Shown: positions 37,750 through 49,045 of the stretch, piece by piece | Layout: each line of letters opens with the position of its first letter | Position numbering within the stretch: the stretch's first letter is position 1 | Origin: Podospora anserina | Lineage: Eukaryota | Direction: 5' to 3' | Length of the DNA stretch: 64,000 nucleotides | NCBI GenBank assembly: GCA_017654855.1 | Contig: CM030333.1 | Coordinates: 3,844,001 to 3,908,000, forward strand | Translations under genes and position numbers: made by a program | Notes under the pieces: model-generated | Database searches by the model: none | Told to the model about the DNA's origin: nothing | The model's input: the letters and a program-made list of their open reading frames with translations, nothing else

Positions 37750-40700
37750 CTACCCACTATTTATCTGGTCGTACGGCGGACGGATTTCCTCAAATCGATG
37801 CCCAGGATGCAGTCTCTTTCCTCGACCCTCGCACTTGAAACAGTAGTTGAAGAAGAGTAAATCGTGATAGCATGTACGGCAATGAAATCGGATCCCATGT
37901 ATCAGCTTCATCCCTTTTCTGTTAGAAATCCACGCACCATAGCAGCTTGCAGAGAAGATTGGCGTACCCTGAGACAACTGTCACAAACATAATCCTTGTG
38001 CATAAGACCTGCACTCCACCAATGCCATTCGGACTGTGGAAAGACGTTTTCTCCTGTCTGCTTTCCCTCCAGAAGTGGCAGAAGGTCTCGATGCCCATGG
38101 TATATCGCAATACGGGCTGGTGGCCATTTGTTGTCGTCAGGCATTCTACCCTCTCTCAAACATACACCTCGCAGCTTTTCCACCACTTTCTTCTCCCCAG
38201 CCTTAGCCGCCCAGTGTAAAGCAGTCCAGCCGTCATCATCTGTCTCAGTAGGATCAACTTCCGGATGCTGTTCAAGCAGTTTCTCCACTACAGATAGCGA
38301 GCCACCTGATGCTGCAGCATGCAATGCGTTTCGGCCATGGTTATCCTTGGCGTTGGCTTTGTACCCTAACTTGAGGAGCTTCCCAACCATCTTGTCCTGT
38401 CCGCCCAGGGCAGCAAAGTAGAGGGCAGTACGCCCATACGCATCTTTCTCATGTCGCATAGAAGGCTCTTGTTGCCAACATGCGTCAAAGACTATATCCT
38501 CGCCGCCGAATGAAGCAGCATTTAGTATGGAACCGAAAACAGGGTGTTTGTTGTAGAGACTGGCACCCTTTCTCAGCAAGATTGTGGCAATATCAGAATG
38601 GCCTCGTCCAGCCGCAAGTGGCAGGGCGGTTATTCCAAGCTTGGCGTGCAAGAAAATGTCAACGGGAATGTCGAAGTCCACAAGCACTTGTACTACTTCC
38701 GTATGCCCTTCGCACGTCGCATAGCGCAAGGCAGTTGAACTGGCGGGGGCGCCCTTTTCAAGAAGCATACGCACAATCTCGTGGTATCCGTTGAACGCCG
38801 CCACAGTTAGTACTGTGTGTGGTTTATCCGGGGGGGCATTCCAATCTGCGCCGTTTCTGAGGAGCACCCTGACGATGTTTATGTGCCGAGCCCACATCAG
38901 AGGAGGGTATCCGCAGTTGGCGAGGATATTAACATCCGCACCATTAGCCAGTAATAACTCAACCACGCCCAGATTGTTCTGATATACAGCAAAATGGAGA
39001 GCTGAAAACCCATTGGCCTCACAATCGTTGACTCGGCAGCCAATATCCAGCGCCAGCCGAGCCATTCTCTGGTCCGAGAGAAAGGCTGCGGCATGGAGTG
39101 CAGTGTGCCCTGAGACCGGCGCGAGATTCTTGAATTCTGCACCCTGATCAAGTAGAAACTCAACGGCGTCGTGTTGCCCCATCTGGATTCCCCAGAGCAA
39201 GGGAGTTCCGCAGCAAATCATGGGCATGGGCCATTCCAACTCTGACGTTACTTCGCTATCATGCGCTTGAAACACTGTCTTGAGGAATACATTGAGAGGA
39301 CCCGTCGCGCAAATTTCCATATCGGCATTTCTCTGCAGGAGCAAAGTGACAGCAGCAAGGTTACCTTTGGCCATGGCATGGTGCAAGGCGGTGTCTCCGT
39401 GAGAACTGGTTTTATTCACATCTGCTCCGGCCAGAAGAAGAGCCCTCACCATACGTTTGCCGTCGTAGTCTGCTGTTTTCTCCTTGGTGCCATCACTGTC
39501 TGGCCACCAGGAATGACTGGGGTCGGGCCTAGCCTTGATTTGCTCTGTCCTTCCAGTTTGCGGGATATCCGAGTTCTTGACCTTGCAGTGTGGAATATTT
39601 GAGTTGTGAATATGATCATGAAGGAGAGAATAAATTAGGAGATTGAATTCGCACATGCAGGCCGCCTGAAGAGGAGTGTGTGTGGTTGCTTCCGTTTCTG
39701 TGGGCGCTTGGTGCTGAATAAGAAGATCAACCATGAGCTCAAAACACTTATACGCGGCCGCTTTCAGGTCGTTGTGAACTTGTTCCACGTCCCGATCCAA
39801 ATCGTCGACCAATCTTCGTGTCGAGCTGACCCATTGTGCAAATTCCGATGAGGCCGACAACCGCTCAGAAAAGTCCAAAGCGGAGGGTGTTTGAGGCTTC
39901 TTGTGGAAAATGTTCCGCAACGGTGTACCCCAGTAATTGTAAATCCGGTGTAGCCACGTCAATAGAGTGCTCTGAGTCCCATTGTCTGGGACAGACTCCA
40001 GCACCAGTTCCGAATCCTGTCTGGACTCTAGATACTCGAGTACATGTCTGTACCAGTTGTTGATGGCATACTCAAGAAGCGGCCGTCTTTGGAGGTCACA
40101 TTCCAGTACTTTCCCGCCATCAACTTCGTCCTCATCAGATTCATGTAAGGTGTGGTCATCCGTATTGACAACACATTCGTTGATATACTCGAGACATTGA
40201 TTGGCCATCATGAGGTGAACCACAGCCAGTCCACCACACCTATCCGCTTTGTTCACGAGGTATTCCTCCAGGCTGGAAAAGGCAAAATCCACGATTTGCT
40301 TGCCGTCTCGGTCTGGAGACTCTGGAAAAGCCACTAGACTGCCAAAGCTATGGCGAATGGAGACTGAATTCTTTTTGTTTGTCTGACCCCAGTTGATCAA
40401 GTCCTCGAATTCGACGAATCTCAACGGCCGGAGGGTGCACATGAGCCATTGGAGAGATAGATAGGCATTGGGCATGACGCATATTCTTTCCAAGGCTTTA
40501 TCGTAGAAAGCATTGATCTCTTTCGGGATCTCATTCAATGCATCAAGTACCTCCTCCTCATCGGGGGCTGGGTCCCTTCGCCGAATGAATTCGTGAAATT
40601 CAGGATCCAACAGCCGTAATTTGACTAAACCGAAGCTATTGATCCAGTTCCAGGTTAGCTTTCGATCACTTCTCAAAACTGCTTCTCGGTAGGTGGTATT

Positions 40701-42193
40701 TGGTGCAAAACAGATTGTGTTGAGCCAGTTGGTCATCTTTGCATACTACCTAGGTAGGTAGGTATATGGAGATAGACTTACATTCCGTCTGAATTGTCCA
40801 CCAAATTTTTTTTGATGATCTCAATCCACTCCGGATGTTTTCTTCTGATTATTCCCCAGTTCGACTTTTTTAGCTCCTGGTCAACCATCAACTCGATGCC
40901 GTTCGTGTGGGCGATCCCTTCCACTGCAACGTCGAATCCCCCTTCACGATCGTGACTCAGGTCCCAGCATCGGTCCTCGAGAGCCGTGTCTACATGATCT
41001 CTGCTCACGACAAGGATATGGACAGGATCATGAGATTTGAGGCACTCAAGTAACTCGAATAAGACTGCCAGCGAGTCTTTTCCATTGGGTGACTCTGTAA
41101 GAGAATCCAAGCCATCAATTACGAGGTACACCTGCCCTCGTTCCTCGGCTAGACATCGTATCGCATACTTTAGGAGCGTGTAATCAAGACTGCCGGTCTT
41201 CTTGAACTCTTGCCGCACTTTCTGCACTCCCTTGGGCAACTGGGATAGGCCTTCGCATAGTTGTCGAAGCCATGATCTTAAGAGTCGTTCTGGAAAGGAT
41301 TCTTGGCGGCTTTCGCCCTCAGAAGGTTTGATACAAAACTCGTTAGAATCGAGGTAATAGTAAGCGACTATCGGGACTCCATCGGTAGCTTCTTGTTCAA
41401 GTTCTTCGATGATCGATGCACTGAGGTAATGTTAAAGAACTTCCAAAGAAGTGTACATGGAATTGCGAGTAACAAGCGACAGCAAGGGATTCGTTCGACT
41501 TACCACAATACAGTCTTCCCGCAAAAGTGCTTTCCATGAAGCCAAAGAAAGCTTTTGGGACAAACTTTCCATTTCTTGAATGCGTCCAAATTCAGAAGCC
41601 AAGACACTGTACCCTCGGTTCGGCTTTCCAAAGCTCTCTCATGTGCTGTGCGATGGTCGAACTTCGACAGCCAGTCAAGAGGTTGTTTGTCTGCAAGAAA
41701 GTCTGGGTCTTCATGTCAAGCATTAACACTCCAGAATTAGCAGATAGAAACATGAAAGCTCTCAAGGTCAGTAAGTGTAACTTACCATTCGGCTGTGCAC
41801 CTGTTCGATGACCCTTTGTCACGAGATTCATGACCCCTATCCGTTGGTATCCCATGTTGCTGTTGGAGTGAACATTATGACCACTATGCTGCATCTGTCG
41901 AGCCTGGAAATTATCCTGCCAATATTCGGGACCTTCAGCGGACTTTTAGGGTGTCAGACCCAGCATAATGCCCGGTATTTAGTATACAGGTGTCAGGTGT
42001 GACTTACCAAGGTCTCCTCACACTCCAGTCTTTCGACATCTTGATCAAGCGTGTTACTTTTTGGTTGAACTTCAGAAGAGTGTAAATTGGCCGAGAGCAA
42101 ATGTGGCGGAAGCGAAGGGGAGCTTTGGGGGGTGGATGGCGGGGGCGAGGGAGGGCGAAACGGTTGAGATGGTAAGCTCAAACTTGCAGCCAT
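37750..42193 (-). CDS. Fungal NLR: short N-terminal amyloid-like motif, NACHT, ankyrin repeats, ZZ-type zinc finger; exons 42193-42008, 41942-41786, 41690-41504, 41420-40782, 40635-37968, then about 37906-37750
   Basis: Spliced product has LDWLSKFDH..RTEGTVSWLL..FKKW..FLWLHGKHFCGKTVL (P-loop), YLVIDGLD (Walker B), LQWLMCTLRPL, LLEYAINNWYRH, multiple G.TALH.AA ankyrins and CDSC..IHGIRFHCRTC..YCFKC..HPGHRF. Confidence 0.9.
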
Positions 42194-42802
42194 TTGGACT
42201 GATTACAATTTTCTGAGAGTATGTGAGAATAAAGGGGAGTAAACTATAATCAAGAAAGCAGATTCTGGCCCTCATAAAACATTGGAATGTGGTTGTTTTG
42301 TCTGATCAGGCGATGTCCAAGATGTGACAAGTTCGAGCGATTTGGAAGTTTCCTGTGGTAGTCACAAAGGTGAGCTGCCCTGTTGTCTGCCTTGGAACAA
42401 GGCAACCCCCAATTTTCCTTCTTTTATTTCTGATTGGCCTTGAATGGCAAGGCATAATAATGTGGCTGCATAAAATTGCATCTGGCTGAACGTGAGGCAT
42501 CCAACTTCTCGCCGATTGACGTCCCATTCTGTGATGGGTCGCCCAAGGGTACGGCGCAGCCTTTTCCGTCCCTCTACATCCATTATTAACTTATATCGAC
42601 CCTACATTCTTCACTTCCTAGCATCGATTTCACTTTTCTAGGTATCCAGGAAGTACTGTCCAGTTCTCCACCATTTTGTCACCATTCACCTTTCCTACAA
42701 GACACCTCACATTTTTGTTATTAGACAGCCTTGTGGTTGTCGAGTAGAACTCCACATCGACGACGACGATACAACGACCGTTCGAATTTTTGACTTGGAG
42801 CT

Positions 42803-45215
42803 ATGTCTTCTGAGGAGACTAAGGTGGTTGCCACGCCTGAACCTGGCGAGCAGTGCGATGTCAAACACCTCAAACGCAGCTATGTGGATGGAAGCAATGA
42901 CCCGGTGGTTACCGAGGGTGACTCGGATCCGGTCAAAAAGGAGGAAGACACAAAACATCAGTCATTTGCCCTAGTGTCGACACAAAACTTCGATAAGGAT
43001 AACAATCGCACCGATACAACGCTTTTGATCAATTCCAAGCACATACTCGCCGCTCTCACAAGGGTAGTTCGTTACTATCCCGACCAAGACGAGGAATTCG
43101 ACAAACCCTCTGAGCTGACATCACCATTCAATCTTCTCTATCATCATCGCAAGGAGCTTTCTGAGGAGGCTGCTAGGGTAGGCGGTGACGGTGCCCTCCA
43201 TCTCAACCTTCTCCTGAGCTACCTTGACAAGCAGAAGTGGGCCGAGGCCGAGACACTCACAGCTCGAGAGAATCCTGTCATTACATTTGATCTACTTTGG
43301 TTCGTTTTTAAACCCGGCGACTTGCTATACAGGATGGTAAACGGCGAGCCTGCTTTGTACTGGCTTGTGAGCGTGTGCTATGACGAAACGCCAACAACAG
43401 GAGATTCATGGAAATACCTCGAGCTTGAGTGTCTATATCAAGCACACGACGGAAAGAAAACGGGTGTGGTGCGGGAAAGTCTCAAAATATACGAACACCA
43501 GGAATTTGCGGGCGATACCCCCGAGAAGATTACAAGCCTCTCAGTCTTTCCGCTAAAGTACCACAAAGACAGAGAAGGAATAAAAGAACGCCTTGTGAAG
43601 CGCGGACAACGATATTTGGAGCTTGTGCAAAAGCAGGGCCAAGCATATCATTACGAAGGTCTATGCAGAAGGCTTAAAACACCTCCTGGGGGCTCATACT
43701 TTTCCAGCGAAGAAAAATTTATTGGCGTCTGGCTCCCAGAAACAGTGAGTTGCCCTCATATCCGCTAGCAACCCAGCTTTGCTAAAAGATTACCATAAGG
43801 CTACCGGAAGAGTCGTCTTAGACTGTTCAACATTCATGGAAGATAATCCTTTCCACCGCGTCAATGTTTCCAATTGGAGCATCTCGAAAGGTCAGTAAAC
43901 ATACCATATGTTACCATGATAATACTGCTTGCAGCCTCTAAAGAGTCCAGTGGCTGAAGCAAGAGAGTCTAGACAAAACAACCGATGGCTTCGATGACCC
44001 TACACTACTCTGTCTGCCATATGTCTATGGATATTCTCTGGACATGCGATGCTGGTGTATGTTCTCTGTAGACAAGGTGAAGACGGCCGACTGGAAACAT
44101 AAAGACTTTGATTCGGTTGTCCTTCCGGATGGATATAGGAAGATCATCACATCACTTGTTAAAAGTCACAAATTCGCCAGTCATACCCGAGATGAGACTG
44201 CCCTCAAAGGCAAGGGTCTGATATTTGTTTTGCATGGCCCTCCTGGGACTGGCAAAACAAGAACAGCTGGTGAGTTGCGCTTCACATGCGTTCTGTCAAA
44301 GTATTTTTGTGCCGTGGCAGCCATAGAAGTTACTCCGTACTGACAGTCATGACAGAAGCAATTGCCGAGACAACCTCAAAGCCGCTCTTGCTATTCCCAA
44401 CCGGAGAACTCGGGGGTGATCTCAGAAGCATTCAGTCAGAGCTGAGGCGGCTAGTTAGATACGGCACTGCATGGAAGGCCATTCTACTTATCGATGAGGC
44501 GGATGTATTTCTGGAATCCAGACAGGTTGACGGACATGTGTCGTTGGAGCGTAATGCTCTCGTAGCAGGTAAGCAGAGGCTTTTCCCCAAGATAGCTTTG
44601 GTAAAGCATCCATAAACACGCTAACGCTTTTCCGTAACGCGAACAGTTTTCTTGAGGCAGCTCGAGTATTTCCAGGGCATCATATTTCTGACCTCTAACC
44701 GCGCCCAAATGTTCGATCCCGCAGTCAAGTCCCGCATCAACGTTATGCTGCACTACCCCTCGCCCGACAAAGAAACGCGAAAGGTGTTGTGGGCACAACG
44801 GCTTGGACCAATATTGAAACTCAAATCCTTGCCAAGATGCGAACTGGATCTAAATTCAGCAACGGAGACACTGTCGGAGTATGAGATGAACGGTCGGGAG
44901 ATTTCAAATGCTGTCAACTCGGCTTTGACCATAGCCAAAGCTGATACGCTCACCCTTAACATGGACCACCTTCGGTCTGTGGCAAAAATATGGAAAGACT
45001 CACAGGAAAAGAGCGTCGAAGTGGGACCAGTTGTGGACGCAGTTCAGGAGATCAAAAGGATTCCGTCTATCAGTGAGGTTCTTAGGACACTTAAAATCCC
45101 GCTTTGGGTCTGGAAACTATTCGTTTCAGCATTCCTTGCTGGCGCTCTATTTCAAGGGTCCCTTAAAATCTTTAAGGCAAGGATAAGGTGGCGAGGGCGT
45201 CGAGCTCACAGGTGA
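42803..45215 (+). CDS. Fungal AAA+ ATPase, multi-exon, with hydrophobic C-terminal tail
   Basis: ITFDLLWFVFKPG, KGKGLIFVLHGPPGTGKT (Walker A), ILLIDEADVFLE (Walker B), LERNALV..FLRQLEYFQGIIFLTSNR..FDPAVKSRI, MNGREISN; tail LWVWKLFVSAFLAGALF. Confidence 0.92.
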
Positions 45216-46210
45216 ACTGGTCTTGGGAGAGGATAGTTGAATATGCACTGAAACTGTAAGAATATGTGTTCTATAACAAGAAGGAAGATTATTAAAGGGG
45301 TAGATATGTAATAGGGGGTCTGTCAGGGGAAAAATCTTGAGAACCTTTCCTACAAATGTTCACGCGCAGTCATTGATAGAAACCAGATTTCAGCATCCCA
45401 CGATATGTGCAGAAGTTGGTACATCTAGGGAGATAGGTTAGGTGGGAGGCTGACGTTGACAGAGTACCCGCTGTCAGGTCAGTTGCTTGAGACGTGAAGG
45501 GCTTTCACTCTTTGCGTATAGGCATTTTCACAAGCGCGAGATGCTGTTTGGTGGACTTTCTCTTGCCTATTTTGGCTCTTGATTAGTAGGCCAAGATGTG
45601 AAAGTGGCGCGCAAGAATGGATGTCATGGGCGAATACGTTTCAGCAGCAAAAACAGTCAAGACCTGCCTATCTTGACGTACACGATGGAGAAACCAAGAT
45701 CTCGGTATCACGATTGCCGATTTGAACAGCCGGAAGCAACATGACGGGTGCGGATGCAGTAGCGCTTCCCCGGCAAAATGCATGCAAACCAAGACTCCGG
45801 GGAAGACGGGAAAAGGCTAATTTCCACGTGGTAATCATCCACTTGCGCTCCGTTCAACATCTACAACTTAGCTTCGAGATGTTGATCTTCGACTGGCGGG
45901 AAGTGGTTCGACCGGGGAAGCGCACGAATTGCTTTTATGGGGAGAGAGGTGTTTTGTTGCGCGCGCATTGACGATCGATAGATCACCGTTGACCAAGATA
46001 TTGACTGAACCGGGAACCAGGACAGCTACGATCACATCAAAGATTTATGCGCGAGGATATGAAGAGGGGTATGCAGGGGGTGGACTGCCGGAGGGAGGTA
46101 ACTTAGCGGAGACTTGATGACAACAAAGAAGATGGGTATAAGTATAAGGGAAGACATGCGTTGGAGAATGGGTAAAGCTTCAGACAGTATCAATCAGGAT
46201 CTGGATCAAC

Positions 46211-47471
46211 ATGTTGCTAAAGTCTGTCATCCTCGCTCTGGCAACGGCCACTGGCATCAGCCAGGCCAACCCAATCGCCCCCCGTCAAGGAGTCAGTTAC
46301 CATTCTCATCGAATATCTCTTCATCGTACCTTACCCTTCATGCCAGTGCACCTTCCTTCCTTCCCCTGTTTCTTCCTTCCTCTGCTCCTTCCTCGCACTG
46401 CTCCTTCCCTTTCAGAGCTTATTCCTTCCATTGCTCCTTCCTCCCGTAGCTCCTTGCTCCCTGGGCACCTTCCATCTATACAGTTTGCAGGCGTCGTGCC
46501 TTCCCTTCCTCGCATTATCTCATGGCCTCATACCACTTACCCCTTAACACATTTACACATTAGCACTTTGACATTTTAGCACATTCACACATTACCCTTT
46601 TCTACAAACACATCCATCTTCATTAACAACGCTCAACTAACCACCTTATCACAACCAGCCTACCGGCAACGGCCCGTTCGCCCCCGCGTATTACACCACC
46701 GACTCCTCCCTCAACGGCCACACCCTTTACCTCCCCCGGAACGTCCCCCAGGGAGCCAGAATCCCCGTCCTGGTCTGGGGTAACGGCGCTTGCTCCGCCA
46801 ACGGCCTCGACTTCCTCAACTTCCTGACTCAAATTGCCTCCCATGGCGTGTTTGTCATCTCTTCCGGCTCGCCCGGCGGCCAAGGCTCAACCAATGCCCA
46901 GATGATGACCCGCGCCATCGACTGGGTCACCAACACCGCCACCAAACAGCGCTATCCTTGGCTGGAAACGTCTCGAATCTCGGTCTCGGGGATGAGCTGC
47001 GGTGGCGTTGAGGCGTACACGGCGGGAGTGAACGACAACAGGGTCACCACCATCGGGATTTACAACTCGGGTCTGTTGAGTGAGCAGGAGAGCAGGAATG
47101 TTGTGCCGAGAATCAACAAGCCAATCTTCTACTTTATGGGAGGCCCCAGTGATATCGCTTTCAACAACGTGGGTGTTTCATCGCGAATGAGGGTTGGAAA
47201 GAAGCTGACAGAAGACCAGGGCGAGAGAGACTACCGACTTCTTCCGCAATCCACACCGACCTGGAAGGGCAACTTGAACGTTGGGCACGGCGGAACCTAT
47301 GGTGACCAAAACGGCGGCAAGTTTGGTGTTGCTGCTGTCAGGTATTATCAGTGGGTTTTGAGAGGTAACGCGACTGCTGCCAACTTCTTCACCAACAATC
47401 AGGAGGCGAGCCGAGATGGGTGGAGTGTCGAGAGCCGAAGCTTGGGGAATCTGAGGGTGAATCCCATTTAA
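46211..47471 (+). CDS. Secreted alpha/beta-hydrolase (esterase-like); exons 46211-46291, 46659-47168, 47220-47471 (approximate)
   Basis: Signal peptide MLLKSVILALATATGISQA; PVLVWGNGAC, nucleophile elbow GMSCGG, GGPSDIA (Asp), VGHGGTY (His). Confidence 0.85.
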
Positions 47472-49045
47472 GCTGTTTCCATAGCTACAACTGAAGAGTG
47501 GTCCGAGCAGTGGGCGTTGGAAGGTCTCAATCGCCTCGCGATATGGTCGTACTGAGGTAGCCAGGCTACTCCTTGGTACCGGCCATATCGATTTCTATCT
47601 CGAGATTGTTTTGGAAGAGCTCCTCCATTGTCGGCTAGAAACGTCGGAAGTGTTGAAGTTGTCCAGCTTTGGCTTAGTGTGCCGAAGATCACGGTATAAC
47701 AGTGAAAGTAGCTAAGACTCCCATGACTGGGTTTCACATCGAATGAGCCCTCAAGTTGGTGACATTTTCTTAAGTTCTTTTTTAGGCACCTACCTGGAGA
47801 CATAACGCAGAGTTTGACTAGCGGCCACTGTTGGATGGTATTTCGGTTAATAAAGGCATTCATGACCAAAACAGTCCTAGGGTCAAGAGGAACTCGTGGA
47901 TGATCATCTAATGTCAAGGTAGAGGAGAGCTCATAAATTAATATGTAATTAAGGAAGTGTAGGATGTGCTGAATGCAAGGCTTGCTGACAGTGTTAAGTA
48001 TGCATGGCCGTTGCCGTTTGGCCTTCGGAAACCGATGGCGTAACTGGACACGCTTTGGAGCTGCCTGCAACGCCGTAGATGGCACTTTTATAATGCCGAT
48101 TATTTCCATTTTGGTATTTGTCTAGATTTTCGGGGTGAAGAAGAAACCTCCATCCCGTCATCATACTTGTTCTAGGCACCTCATCCCCCTTTTCGGATTT
48201 CGAGCCAACTTCTCGGATTAGAAGAAATCTACCTCTAGTAACCTCTCTACCTCTTTCTTCAGGGAGCCCTTCTCTGGGCCTAAACTCTGAACCGATTTCA
48301 GTAATACTGAGGTCACGGGGACAGCCGGCCGAGGTGCTTCGTCAGTAATTGAAGGGGCAGGTAGACTCTCTCCCCTGAGGTAGCTGATGGGAGACGGAGC
48401 TTGATATGGCCATTGCCCCCGAAATGCATTACTCAGACAGAGCCGAAGTGCTTTGTTGTCCATGTGGTCTGCAGCAGGGCACACAAGCAAATGCATCTAC
48501 CCAGCCAAGATGAATGTATGTATATGATGTCGAGCGCGGACATTCTGGACGTACTATCGAGGCTACTGTGCGTATGTTCAGCTATCCTGGCGGCTATAAC
48601 TTCAGGGAGCTTCAACCTCTACTGCGGACCGTACCTCTTCTGTTTCAACTTTTGTGCCGTTTGTCTTGACACGATGGGGAGCATCTAAATTACTGGTCCT
48701 CGGTTGCGATTTGGCGCAATTGCCCCGTCGCCCATGCTATCCCGAGATACCGTTGGCAGCAACCGACGTTACTGGCTACTTGTGGGCCAAGATGATTGGA
48801 CGTGGTCGGCTGTGGCGCTTTGAGCTGTTTCCCATGCACGAGTAGGAATCGCCGAACGACTTGGGTTTTGCACCAGATATTGGGCGCTCTCGTCTATGAG
48901 GGCAAGCGACGTTCGATATTTTTCTCCTGCCGTAATCGTGCACAAAGGGCGCAAAGCGTGTCTATAGGGATCTCGTTTTATCCTCTCACATATTTTGTTT
49001 CAACGGCGAGACTCCAATTCTCGAAATATTCCTGGGATAAGTACC

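Noticed and set aside
47468-48496. Minus-strand ORF fragments between the esterase and the TPR NLR
   Set aside because: May be a decayed gene, but I could not build a coherent model or recognise a domain.
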